64,000 bases of DNA from an uncultured Alphaproteobacteria bacterium. GTDB taxonomy: Bacteria > Pseudomonadota > Alphaproteobacteria > Rhizobiales > Xanthobacteraceae. The translations under genes and the position numbers were made by a program. The notes under the pieces are model-generated. The model was not told the DNA's origin and made no database searches. It saw nothing but the letters and a program-made list of their open reading frames with translations. Positions within the stretch are counted from its first letter, which is position 1; each line of letters opens with the position of its first letter. Positions 34,346 through 44,181 of the stretch are shown one piece after another. The DNA lies in NCBI GenBank assembly GCA_963809675.1, contig CAWEKJ010000002.1, positions 306 to 64,305 on the forward strand. Direction: 5' to 3'.

Positions 34346-35500
34346 ATGAAAACGATCACCATGCCCGGCACAGTCTTTGGATTGGCGCTGAGTTTCGCGA
34401 TTTCGTTGGCGGGCTCCGCCAGCGCGCAAGTCAAGTTCGGCATGGCCGGCCCGATTACCGGACCGAGCGCCGCGACCGGCGCGCAGATGAAGAACGGCGT
34501 CGAACAGGCGGTCGCCGACATCAACGCCGCCGGCGGCATTCTCGGCCAGAAGCTCACGGTTGAATTCGGCGATGACGTCTCCGATCCCAAGCAGGGCGTC
34601 TCGGTCGCCAACAAGTTCGCCGCCGACGGCGTCAAATTCGTGATCGGCGACTATAATTCCGGCGTCACCATCCCGTCGTCGGAAGTCTACCAGGAAAACG
34701 GCATTCTGGAGATCACGCCAGCATCCACCAATCCCACCGTCACCGAACGCAACATGTGGAACATCTTCCGCACCTGCGGGCGCGACGATCAGCAGGGCCT
34801 GGTTGCCGGCGGATATATCGTCAAGCACTTCAAGGGCAAGAAGATCGCCGTCGTCCATGACAAGACGACCTACGGCAAGGGCCTCGCCGACGAAACCAAG
34901 AAGGCGATCAACAAGGCCGGCATGAAGGAAGTGCTCTACGAAGGCGTCAACACCGGCGAAAAGGACTATTCGGCGCTGGTCTCCAAGATCAAGCAATCGG
35001 GCGCCGATCTGGTTTATTTCGGCGGCCTATACACAGAAGGCGGCCTGATCGTGCGGCAGATGCGCGACCAGGGCGTCAAGGCGCCGATGATGGGCGGCGA
35101 CGGCATCACCTCGGACGAATTCGCCTCGGTCGGCGGCCCGGGCGTCGAAGGCACGCTGATGACGTATGGACCCGACCCGCGCAACAACCCGGCGGCCAAG
35201 GAGGCGGTTGCGAAATTCCGCGCCAAGAAATTCGAGCCGGAAGCCTACACGCTCTACAGCTACGCCGGCGTGCAGATCATCAAGCAGGCGGCGGAAGCCG
35301 CCAAGTCGCTCGACCCCAAGAAGGTGGCCGAGAAGATGCATTCGGGCATGAAGTTCAAGACCGTGCTCGGCGACATCTCCTACGACAAGAAGGGCGATCT
35401 CACCAAACTCGACTACGTCGTGTATCTCTGGAAGAAGGATGCCAGCGGCAAGATCACTTACGCCGAGTGCCCGAACTCGGACTGCAGCAAAATGAAATAG
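34346..35500 (+). CDS. LivK/LivJ-type substrate-binding protein
   Basis: Signal peptide, GPITG, DDVSDPKQG, FRTCGRDDQQG, HDKTTYGKGLA. Confidence 0.92.
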   Translation: MKTITMPGTVFGLALSFAISLAGSASAQVKFGMAGPITGPSAATGAQMKNGVEQAVADINAAGGILGQKLTVEFGDDVSDPKQGVSVANKFAADGVKFVIGDYNSGVTIPSSEVYQENGILEITPASTNPTVTERNMWNIFRTCGRDDQQGLVAGGYIVKHFKGKKIAVVHDKTTYGKGLADETKKAINKAGMKEVLYEGVNTGEKDYSALVSKIKQSGADLVYFGGLYTEGGLIVRQMRDQGVKAPMMGGDGITSDEFASVGGPGVEGTLMTYGPDPRNNPAAKEAVAKFRAKKFEPEAYTLYSYAGVQIIKQAAEAAKSLDPKKVAEKMHSGMKFKTVLGDISYDKKGDLTKLDYVVYLWKKDASGKITYAECPNSDCSKMK

Positions 35501-35521
35501 CGCTTCGCGCTTTTACCGGAA

Positions 35522-35556
35522 GAAAGCCCGCCCCACCGGCGGGCTTTCCTTTTTTG
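35522..35556 (+). terminator. Rho-independent terminator of the liv operon
   Basis: GAAAGCCCGCC/GGCGGGCTTTC stem plus T-run. Confidence 0.85.
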
Positions 35557-35570
35557 AACTGCTCTCAATC

Positions 35571-35658
35571 GTCATGGCCGGGCTTGTCCCGGCCATCCAC
35601 GCGTTTGCTGCTGCTGTGGAAGAAAGACGTGGATGCCCGCGACAAGTGCGGGCATGAC
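35571..35658. repeat. Rhizobiales REP/RIME-like palindromic element
   Basis: GTCATGGCCGGGCTTGTCCCGGCCATCCAC...GTGGATGCCCGCGACAAGTGCGGGCATGAC inverted pair between convergent genes. Confidence 0.8.
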
Positions 35659-35668
35659 GGGGAGAAAT

Positions 35669-36403
35669 TCAGCCGATTTTTCCCAAAACCGGAAACGTCT
35701 CCAACAGCCACACGCTCATCGTGTTGATGCTGCCGGTGAGAAAGGCGATGCCGGTGAGCACCAGCAGCGCGCCCATCGCCTGCTCGACGCGGTGGAGATA
35801 GTGTTTGAAACGCGCAAGGAACGCCGCGAACGGCTCGATCGCAAAAGCCGCGACGATGAACGGAATGCCGAGGCCCAGCGAATAGACCGCAAGCAGGCCC
35901 GCGCCCTTGGTCACCGTCTGTTCGGAGGCCGCCACCGCCAGGATCGCCGCAAGGATCGGCCCGATGCACGGCGTCCAGCCGAACGCGAAAGCCAACCCGA
36001 TCACATAGGCGCCCCACAAGCCAACGGGCTTGGTCACCGCGACGCGCTTCTCGCGCATCAGAAAGGCGATCGGCGTCAGCCCAAGGAAGTGCAGGCCCAT
36101 AATTATGATGACGACGCCGGCGACGGTCGCCAGCGGCCCCGAATAAATGCGGATCAGCGAGCCGATCACGCTGGCGCTGGCGCCCAGCGCCACGAATACG
36201 GTCGAGAAGCCGAGCACGAACAGCACGGCCGCCAGCACAGTCGCGCGCTTCACCCGCGGCTCGGCCTCGGCGTCCGCCAAGCGCTCCAGCGAGGTGCCCG
36301 CCATATAGACGAGATAAGGCGGCACCAAAGGCAGGACGCAAGGAGAGAGAAAGCTCACCAGGCCAGCGATCAGCGCGGCCGGGATGGTGACATCGGCATG
36401 CAT
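35669..36403 (-). CDS. ccdA: Cytochrome c biogenesis protein CcdA
   Basis: SFLSPCVLPLVP and GWTPCIGPIL Cys motifs. Confidence 0.92.
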   Translation of the reverse strand: MHADVTIPAALIAGLVSFLSPCVLPLVPPYLVYMAGTSLERLADAEAEPRVKRATVLAAVLFVLGFSTVFVALGASASVIGSLIRIYSGPLATVAGVVIIIMGLHFLGLTPIAFLMREKRVAVTKPVGLWGAYVIGLAFAFGWTPCIGPILAAILAVAASEQTVTKGAGLLAVYSLGLGIPFIVAAFAIEPFAAFLARFKHYLHRVEQAMGALLVLTGIAFLTGSINTMSVWLLETFPVLGKIG

Positions 36404-36492
36404 GGCGCCCTAGATGCGATGCATTAAGCGTTCATGCAAGCGCCCATTGGGACCTTCGCCGGAACGTGATCCGACGTGATAGAATAACGCCC

Positions 36493-37489
36493 ATGACTAT
36501 CCGCAATTCCATCACCGACATTCCCGGCATCCGCGTCGGCCATGCCCGCGACGCCAAGCTCGGCTCCGGCACCACCGTGGTCGTGTTCGACGCCCCCGCG
36601 GTCGCGAGCGTGGACGTGCGCGGCGGTGGGCCGGGCACGCGCGAGACCGCGCTGCTCGACCCGGCGCAGACGGTCGAAGGCATCGATGCCATTGTGCTGT
36701 CGGGCGGTTCGGCCTTCGGGCTCGACGCCGCCTCCGGCGTGCAGGCCTACTTGCGCGAGCAGGGCCGCGGCTTCCAGGTCCGCGAGGCGCGCGTGCCGAT
36801 CGTGCCGGGCGCGATCTTGTTCGACCTGCTCAACGGCGGCGACAAGAACTGGGGCCGCTATCCGCCCTATCGCGAGTTCGGCTACGAGGCGGCGAAAGAT
36901 CGCCGGCGCCGAATTCGCGCTCGGCAGCGCCGGCGCCGGGCTTGGCGCCACCACCGCCAATCTCAAAGGCGGCGTCGGCTCGGCCTCGGCGCGATGACGC
37001 GCGGCGGCATCACGGTCGGCGCGCTGGCGGTGGTCAATGCCGTCGGCACGACGATGGTCGGCGACGGCCCGCATTTCTGGGCGGCGGCGTTCGAGCAGAA
37101 CGGCGAATTCGGCGGCCGCGGCTGCGCCGACCAAAGTGACGCCCGCCGATCTTGCGATCCGCGCCAAAGGCGGCGCCGCAGCGAAAACACCACGCTTGCC
37201 GTGATCGCCACCGACGCGAAGCTCAACAAGGCGCAGTGCAATCGCCTCGCCGTCATGGCGCAGAACGGCCTCGCCCGCGCCATCTATCCGGTGCACACCC
37301 CGCTCGATGGCGACGTGGTGTTCGCGGCGGCGACGGCGCCAAGCCGCTGGCCGATCCGTACTATCGGCTGCGCCGAACTCGGCATGCTCGCCGCCAACGT
37401 GATGGCGCGCGCCATCGCCCGCGGCGTCTATGAGGCGACCGCCCTGCCCTTCCGGGCAGCTGCCGAGCTGGCGCGACCGTTTCGGCTGA
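36493..37489 (+). CDS. P1/S58 (DmpA-like) peptidase (several indels)
   Basis: NSITDIPGIRVGH, DVRGGGPGTRET, LSGGSAFGL, NTTL, HTPLDGD. Confidence 0.85.
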
Positions 37490-37494
37490 GGTCG

Positions 37495-37519
37495 CGAACC
37501 CGATCCTCTTTGGCGCGTT
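37495..37519 (+). promoter_or_regulatory. EcfG-type promoter CGAAC-N16-CGTT upstream of the KTSC gene
   Basis: One mismatch to consensus; GAGGAGG RBS follows. Confidence 0.55.
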
Positions 37520-37538
37520 ATCGCATGAGGAGGCCGGT

Positions 37539-37745
37539 ATGCCGTCGAGCGTTATCGCGGATATTGCATACGACCAAAGCGGCGAACGGCTGAGGGTAAC
37601 TTTTGTAACCGGCCGCATTTACGAATATTTCGACGTTCCCGGCGATGTGGCGGCATCGTTTCGGTCGGCCTTTTCCAAAGGCACGTTCTTTAACGTTTTT
37701 ATTCGCGATCGCTACGATTTCAGGGAACTTACGCCGACGCGCTGA
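37539..37745 (+). CDS. KTSC domain protein
   Basis: PSSVI..IAYD...LRVTF..G..YEY..VP...SKG.FFN..IRD.Y. Confidence 0.9.
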   Translation: MPSSVIADIAYDQSGERLRVTFVTGRIYEYFDVPGDVAASFRSAFSKGTFFNVFIRDRYDFRELTPTR

Positions 37746-38982
37746 ACCGCTCCGCCCGATACGGCGCCGGATCGCAAAACGGCGCTGCGCCCGTCATCAT
37801 GTCCGCGATCAAGCGCCCGGTGACGGGGCCGAGCGTGAGCCCCCAATGCGCGTGACCGATCGCGAGCCATAGGCCGCCATGACCGGGCGCGCGCCCGATC
37901 ACCGGCCGCGAATCCGCAAAGCACGGCCGGCTGCCGAGCCAGGTCTTGTCATCGGCACGCTCGCCGAGAGGAAACAGCTTTCGCGCCTTCGGCATCAGCC
38001 GGTCGAATTGCACTGGCGACGGCGCCGCATCGCGCGCCGCGAATTCGGCGCCGGTGGTCAGCCTTATGCCCTGCTCCATTGGCGTGATCAGATAGCCATA
38101 TTTGGTATCGACCACCGGCCGCGACAGCGCGGCATTGCCGGCGCCACGGAAATGCCGGTGATAGCCGCGCTTCACCGCCATCGGCAGTTTGAGGCCGAGC
38201 GGTTCGAGCAAATCGGGCGCCCAGGGCCCGAGCGCGACCACGATCTCCGGCGCGTCGACGCTGCCTTCGTTGGTTTCCACCCGCCAGCGATTACCCGCGC
38301 GATGCAATGAGCGGGCGTCGCCGGACAGCGTGACTCCGCCGAGCGCGCGAAACCGCGCGGCATAGGCGCGCGTCACCGCCAGCGGATCGCTGAGGCTTGC
38401 CGCCTTCGGCCAATAAACGGCGCTGGTGAAAACGGCATTGAGCGAGGGTTCCAGCGCCTGCGCGCCTTGCGCATCAAGAACCTCGAGCGGCAGGCCAAAC
38501 TCGACCGCCAGATCGAATTCGCGCCTCAGCGCTGCGAAGGAGCGCGCGCTGCGGTATACTTTGAGCCAGCCGGTCTTGCGCAGAAAACGCGTAGCGCCGG
38601 CCTCCTCCATCAGCGTCTCGTGCTCGGCGAGAGCGCGCGCAAACAGCGGCCGGTTGAGCCGCGCGGTCTCGACGATGCGTTCCGGCCGCGACGCGGCGCG
38701 GAACGCCATCAGCCAGGGCGCGACCTTGGGCAAAAACGTCAGATGATAATTGGCCTCGCTGGCGCGCTTGAACGCGACCCGCATCAGCGCGCCAAGGCTC
38801 GCCGGAAAAGCCGGCGGCAGGATGGTACTGCCCTCGATCACACCGGAATTGCCGTAAGAAGTCTGCTCACCCACACCGGCGCGATCGATCAGCGCGACGC
38901 TCAAGCCGCGTTTGGCGAGCTGCAGCGCGACCGAGGTGCCGACAATGCCGGCGCCGAGCACGATAGCGTCCGTGCGTGCCAT
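37729..38982 (-). CDS. DadA-like FAD-dependent D-amino acid oxidoreductase
   Basis: VLGAGIVG, TSYGNSG, KRGYH, W.GSRP..DSRPVIG, GHAHWGLTLGP. Confidence 0.88.
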   Translation of the reverse strand: MARTDAIVLGAGIVGTSVALQLAKRGLSVALIDRAGVGEQTSYGNSGVIEGSTILPPAFPASLGALMRVAFKRASEANYHLTFLPKVAPWLMAFRAASRPERIVETARLNRPLFARALAEHETLMEEAGATRFLRKTGWLKVYRSARSFAALRREFDLAVEFGLPLEVLDAQGAQALEPSLNAVFTSAVYWPKAASLSDPLAVTRAYAARFRALGGVTLSGDARSLHRAGNRWRVETNEGSVDAPEIVVALGPWAPDLLEPLGLKLPMAVKRGYHRHFRGAGNAALSRPVVDTKYGYLITPMEQGIRLTTGAEFAARDAAPSPVQFDRLMPKARKLFPLGERADDKTWLGSRPCFADSRPVIGRAPGHGGLWLAIGHAHWGLTLGPVTGRLIADMMTGAAPFCDPAPYRAERFSASA

Positions 38983-39137
38983 GAAATCTCCTATTGCTCA
39001 CATATATGGATCATCGCCATTGAAGGCGCTATCAAGGCTCTCCAGCCCAGCCGGGAGGGGCCAAGTCGGATGTTTCCGACTTGGCAAACAAGGAATGCCG
39101 AACTCGGGTAGCCGAGTTCGGATGGGTTTTCCCTTTC

Positions 39138-40091
39138 ATGAAATGGCTTGAGGCGCCAGCGGCCGCGCTCGCTTGGGTTGGCCGCAAGGGCACGCTGGTG
39201 GTGGCCGCTTCGCTGTTCGTGGGTCTCGCCGTCCCGGGCCTGGCCGCGCTGTGCCGGCCATTCCTCGGCGAAGCCATTGTCCTGATGCTCAGCCTGGCGT
39301 TTCTGCGCGTCGATCCGGCCGATCTGCGCCGTCATTTCACCCAGCCCGGACTGATCGCCGCCGCCAGTCTTTGGACCATGCTGGTAGCGCCCGCCGTGCT
39401 CGGCGTGATCTTCCTGGCCTCTGGCCTCGACCGGCAAATGCCGGGGCTCTATTTCATGCTGGTACTGCAGATGTCGGCGCCGGGCCTGACGTCGTCGCCG
39501 GCGCTGGCCGCGTTGATGGGGCTCGACGTCGCGCTCACGCTGGCGAGCCTGGTGGTCTGCACCGCGATCACGCCGCTAACCGCAAGCCTGTTCAGCCATT
39601 ATTTTCTCGGCAGCGCGCTCGCTTCGCCCTTCACGTTCGGCCTCAAGCTGTTCGCGATCATCGCCGGCTCGGCCTTGGCCGCGGCGGCGATCCGCCGCAT
39701 CGCCGGGCGGGCGTGGGTCGAAGCACAGCGCGAGCGCATCGACGGCTTGAGCGTGCTCGCTATGTTCATGTTCGCGGTCGCCGCCATGGATGGCGTGGCC
39801 GACCACTTCCGCGCCGATCCGCTGCTGGTCGTCAAGCTTACCGGCCTTGCGTTTGCGCTGGCGCTCGGGATGATCGCGGTTACCGCGCTGATCTTCCTGC
39901 GCGCCGGGCGCGCCCGCGCGCTGGCGATCGGCCTGATCGCGGGCAACCGCAATATCGGATTGATGATGGCGGCCACCGGCTTTCTGGTGCCGGACATCGC
40001 CTGGCTCTATTTTGGGCTGGCGCAGTTTCCGATTTATCTGCTGCCGCATTTGCTCAAGCGGCTGGCAACGCGGCTTGCCGCCAAAACTTAA
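39138..40091 (+). CDS. Na+-dependent (BASS/SBF-like) transporter
   Basis: About 10 TM segments, SAP..SSPA, GNRNIGL motif. Confidence 0.75.
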   Translation: MKWLEAPAAALAWVGRKGTLVVAASLFVGLAVPGLAALCRPFLGEAIVLMLSLAFLRVDPADLRRHFTQPGLIAAASLWTMLVAPAVLGVIFLASGLDRQMPGLYFMLVLQMSAPGLTSSPALAALMGLDVALTLASLVVCTAITPLTASLFSHYFLGSALASPFTFGLKLFAIIAGSALAAAAIRRIAGRAWVEAQRERIDGLSVLAMFMFAVAAMDGVADHFRADPLLVVKLTGLAFALALGMIAVTALIFLRAGRARALAIGLIAGNRNIGLMMAATGFLVPDIAWLYFGLAQFPIYLLPHLLKRLATRLAAKT

Positions 40092-40169
40092 CAAGCCAGT
40101 GCACGGGGCCGCGCCCGGCGTTGCCCGTTTACGCTCAGCGTGTTAGGCGAAGCCTATTCGGAGACCGTC

Positions 40170-40844
40170 ATGCGCCCGTTACTCATCGCGCCGTCGATTC
40201 TCGCGGCCGACTTCGCCAAATTGGGCGACGAGGTGCGCGCGATCGAGGCCGCCGGCGCCGACTGGATCCATGTCGACGTGATGGACGGGCATTTCGTGCC
40301 CAATATCACCATCGGCCCCGACGTGGTGAAGGCGTTGCGCCCGATCACCAAAAAAACGCTCGACATCCATCTGATGATCGCGCCTTGCGATCCTTATCTC
40401 GAAGCCTTCGCCAAGGCCGGCTCCGACATCATCACCGTGCATGTCGAATCCGGGCCCCACGTGCACCGCTCGCTGCAGGCGATCCGCGCGCTCGGCAAGA
40501 AGGCCGGCGTCACGATGAACCCGGCCACGCCGGTGTCGAGCATCGAGCACGTCATCGACCTGGTCGATCTCATCCTGATCATGTCGGTCAATCCCGGCTT
40601 CGGCGGGCAATCCTTCATCCCGGCGGCGCTCGATAAACTCAGAGAAGTCCGCACGCTGGTCGGCGCGCGGCCGATCGATATCGAGGTCGACGGCGGCATC
40701 ACCGCTGAGAACGCAGCCAAGGTCGTGCAGGCCGGCGCCAATGTGCTGGTCGCCGGCTCGGCCGTATTCAAGGGCGGCAATTACAAAGCCAATATTGCGG
40801 CGATCCGCAACGCGGCGGCGCTGGCGCGCGGGGAAGCGGCGTGA
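40170..40844 (+). CDS. rpe: Ribulose-phosphate 3-epimerase
   Basis: [37 protein letters not shown]. Confidence 0.97.
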   Translation: MRPLLIAPSILAADFAKLGDEVRAIEAAGADWIHVDVMDGHFVPNITIGPDVVKALRPITKKTLDIHLMIAPCDPYLEAFAKAGSDIITVHVESGPHVHRSLQAIRALGKKAGVTMNPATPVSSIEHVIDLVDLILIMSVNPGFGGQSFIPAALDKLREVRTLVGARPIDIEVDGGITAENAAKVVQAGANVLVAGSAVFKGGNYKANIAAIRNAAALARGEAA

Positions 40845-42149
40845 TCCCTCGCTATTCCCGCCCCGACATGGTCGCGATCTGGTCGCCGGAGACGCGCTTC
40901 CGCATCTGGTTCGAGATCGAGGCGCACGCCGCCGACGCCATGGCCGAGTTCGGCATCATCCCGAAGGATGCCGCCAAGAAAATCTGGGAAAAGGGCAAAG
41001 CCGCCAAATTCGACGTGGCGCGCATCGATACCATCGAGGCCGAGGTCAAGCACGACGTCATCGCCTTCCTGACGCACCTTTCCGAGATTATCGGTCCGGA
41101 GGCGCGCTTCATGCATTCCGGCATGACCTCGTCGGACGTGCTCGACACCTGCTTCAACGTGCAGCTCGTGCGCGCCGCCGACATTCTGATTGCCGACGTC
41201 GACGCCCTGCTGGCCGCGCTCAAGCGCCGCGCGCTCGAACACAAGATGACACCGACGGTCGGGCGCTCGCACGGCATCCATGCCGAGCCGACCACCTTCG
41301 GGCTCAAGCTCGCTTATGCCTATGCCGAATTCGCGCGCGCGCGCGAGCGGCTGGTTACCGCGCGCAAGGAAGTCGCGACCTGCGCGATTTCCGGCGCGGT
41401 CGGCACCTTCGCCCAGGTCGATCCGCGCGTCGAAGCCCATGTCGCCAAGGCGATGGGCTTGGCGATCGAGCCGGTCTCGACTCAGATCATCCCGCGCGAC
41501 CGCCATGCCATGTACTTCGCCACGCTCGGCGTCGTCGCCTCCTCCATCGAGCGGCTCGCGACCGAAATCCGCCATCTGCAGCGCACCGAAGTGCTGGAAG
41601 CCGAAGAATTCTTCTCCGAAAAGCAGAAGGGCTCCTCGGCGATGCCGCACAAGCGCAATCCGGTGCTGTCGGAAAACCTCACCGGCCTCGCGCGCCTGGT
41701 GCGCGGCTATGCTTTGCCCGCGATGGAAAACGTCGCGCTCTGGCACGAGCGCGATATCTCGCATTCCTCGCGTCGAGCGCATGATCGGGCCCGACGCCAC
41801 GGTGACGCTCGATTTCGCGCTGGCACGGCTCACCGGCATCATCGACAAACTGCTGGTCTATCCGGACGCCATGCAGAAGAACCTCGATAGGCTCGGCGGG
41901 TTGATCCACTCGCAGCGGGTGCTGATCGCGCTCACGCAGAAGGGCGTGCCGCGCGAGGACGCCTACCGGCTGGTGCAGCGCAACGCCATGAAGGTGTGGG
42001 AAGGCGAGCACGAATTTCTCGCGCTGCTCAAGGCCGACAAGGACGTCCGTGCCAAATTGAGCGACAAGGAGCTCGAGGCCAATTTCGATCTCGGCTATCA
42101 CCTCAAGCACGTCGATACCATCTTCAAGCGCGTGTTCGGCGCCGCCTGA
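40841..42149 (+). CDS. purB: Adenylosuccinate lyase (frameshift near 41770)
   Basis: [38 protein letters not shown]; C-terminus in a shifted frame. Confidence 0.95.
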
Positions 42150-42153
42150 TCCC

Positions 42154-42942
42154 GTGACCGTTACCGCTCCGACAATTTTGGTCTTCAACTCCGGCGTCGG
42201 CGGACTCACCGTCTACCGCGAGGTCGCCGCCGCGCGGCCGGACGCCGCTTACGTCTATGTGGCGGACGATGCCGGCTTTCCCTATGGCAATCTCACCGAA
42301 CACGCGTTGATCGCGCGCGTCACCGACATCGTCGGCAAGGCCATCGCGAAGCACACGCCCGATCTCGTAGTGGTGGCCTGCAACACAGCCTCCACGCTGG
42401 CGCTCAAGGATTTGCGCGCGCGCTTTACGGTACCCTTTGTCGGCACCGTGCCGGCGATCAAGCCGGCCTGCGCGCAATCGAAGTCGAAGCGCGTTGCGGT
42501 GCTGGGCACGCAGGCGACCGTTTCCCGCGAATATACCCGCGCCTTGATCCGCGAATTCGCCGCCGGTTGCGACGTGGCGCTGGTCGGCTCGTCGCATCTC
42601 GCGTCTTACGCGGAGGCCGAACTGGCAGGCCGGCCGGTGACCGATGCCGCGATCAAATCCGAAATCGCCGGCTGCTTCGTGGACGCTGGCGGCAGGCGCA
42701 CCGACACGGTCGTACTGGCCTGCACGCATTACCCGCTACTGACCGAGCGCTTCCGGGCGAATGCGCCCTGGCCGCTCGACTGGCTCGATCCGGCGCCAGC
42801 CATCGCCCGCCGCGTCGCCGATCTGCTGCGCGACCGCCCGGCCGGCTCGCCGCCTCCGCCGCGGATTGTGTTCACCTCCGGCCGCGCGCCATCACCGGCG
42901 CTCGCCGCCGCGCTGGCGGGATACGGCTTTCAGGGCGTGTAA
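42154..42942 (+). CDS. murI: Glutamate racemase
   Basis: F(N)SGVGGL, FPYG, ACNTAS, LACTHYP with both catalytic Cys. Confidence 0.92.
   Translation: MTVTAPTILVFNSGVGGLTVYREVAAARPDAAYVYVADDAGFPYGNLTEHALIARVTDIVGKAIAKHTPDLVVVACNTASTLALKDLRARFTVPFVGTVPAIKPACAQSKSKRVAVLGTQATVSREYTRALIREFAAGCDVALVGSSHLASYAEAELAGRPVTDAAIKSEIAGCFVDAGGRRTDTVVLACTHYPLLTERFRANAPWPLDWLDPAPAIARRVADLLRDRPAGSPPPPRIVFTSGRAPSPALAAALAGYGFQGV
42789..42860 (+). repeat. 72-bp direct repeat, left copy (inside the murI 3' region)
   Basis: 69 of 72 bases identical to 45301-45372. Confidence 0.9.
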
Positions 42943-42959
42943 TCATAAAACAGGCCACA

Positions 42960-43031
42960 TGGCCGTTCTTACCCTAAAAGCAGACAAACGCGGGCGCGTT
43001 TGGTTTGTCCGTTAAGTGCCAATAGCGGACA
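42960..43031. repeat. Palindrome doublet A (TGTCCG...AGCGGACA family)
   Basis: tggccgttcttaccctaaaagcagaca (42960) and tgtccgttaagtgccaatagcggaca (43006). Confidence 0.7.
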
Positions 43032-43277
43032 TGGCATTGCGCCAGTTATGCCCCACGTTGTCGACAGGATTGCACCAAAGCTCGATTGAACTTATAGGCA
43101 TTGCCGGCGACATGACGATTCGTAATGCCGCTTTGCCCGCGGGTCCAACGGCACGAGCAAAAAGATCTGTCTGGTGAAGCCGCGCGACCATCGGCTGCCG
43201 CGCGCGCTTCTTTGTCCGATCACGCCCATCTAGCAAACCAGTTCCCGCTTTTTGGGATCACTGGTTTCCGGGACAGG

Positions 43278-43775
43278 TCACTGGCACAAGCGATCAACTC
43301 TCGGATTGCACACCGGACCATAGTAGTCGGGCGGAACGTAACCCTGAGTGTAAATGGCATGGGTGGGATAATAGTTATAGCTACCGTCGCTATACATCCC
43401 TCCGGCAAATGAATAAGCGGGCTCGGCGGGAGCCATAGCGTATCCGTATCCGCCATAGTAGGCACGACGCGCTATTCGTCGGTCAACTCTTCGGTGGACG
43501 CCGGCGGCAGCTATACCGTAGCCGTATCCGCTATACCCGCCGTATCCGGTATATCCGCTGTATCCATCTCCGCCATAGTAGGAGCGCCGCGCTGTCCGTC
43601 GTTCAACTCTTCGATGGACGCCCGCAACACTCCCAGGCGTCAGAGGGTTCCCGACGCGAGCGCGGGCACTGTCAAATGAGACTGACAACGTGTCTTGCGA
43701 TAGTTGCAGCGAGACCGGGACTGCGCAAAACAATGCGGTCGTAGCCAACAGGCTGAGGATGCTCAGTTTCTTCAT
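43278..43775 (-). CDS. Secreted Gly/Tyr/Arg-rich protein with a duplicated AGVHRRVxRRxARRxYYGG repeat
   Basis: AGGAGG RBS, signal-like N-terminus, RVGNPLTPGSVAGV motif, C-terminal Cys pair. Confidence 0.75.
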   Translation of the reverse strand: MKKLSILSLLATTALFCAVPVSLQLSQDTLSVSFDSARARVGNPLTPGSVAGVHRRVERRTARRSYYGGDGYSGYTGYGGYSGYGYGIAAAGVHRRVDRRIARRAYYGGYGYAMAPAEPAYSFAGGMYSDGSYNYYPTHAIYTQGYVPPDYYGPVCNPRVDRLCQ

Positions 43776-43894
43776 GGATTCCTCCTGATAACGGGCAATC
43801 AGGTTTCACTTCTTTGATTGTCGTTATTTTATTTCTAATGGCTGTTACCGCGCCAAGCTATTGCACGTTGGGGCAAGTCAAACATTCAAGACTC

Positions 43895-43934
43895 TCATAA
43901 ACACGCGGCTCATTTTCATAAACACGCGACTCAT
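43895..43934. promoter_or_regulatory. Tandem 19-bp direct repeat TCATAAACACGCGRCTCAT, period 21
   Basis: 18/19 identity, upstream of the 43775 start. Confidence 0.5.
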
Positions 43935-43954
43935 AGAGAACCGATCCCGCTATT

Positions 43955-44032
43955 TGTCCGCCATGGATCGGAAGCGGATAAACCGTTGCGGGCCAAAATT
44001 TACCTTTGTCCGCTTTGAGTCATTAGCGGACA
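43955..44032. repeat. Palindrome doublet B
   Basis: tgtccgccatggatcggaagcggata (43955) and tgtccgctttgagtcattagcggaca (44007). Confidence 0.75.
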
Positions 44033-44181
44033 TTGCGAACTGATCTCGTGAGATAGAAAGACCGCCTCCACGGCATCAGCCCGATTTAATCCAATCGCGT
44101 GGTTAGGGGTCGCGCGCAACGGCGTACAGTTCCGCGGCCCCTTTTAATATTGTTCAGTGAGCAGGCTACAGGTCACCGCGC

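Noticed and set aside
35571-35658. REP-like element as a novel system
   Set aside because: Common Rhizobiales intergenic palindrome, single copy here, no associated transposase.
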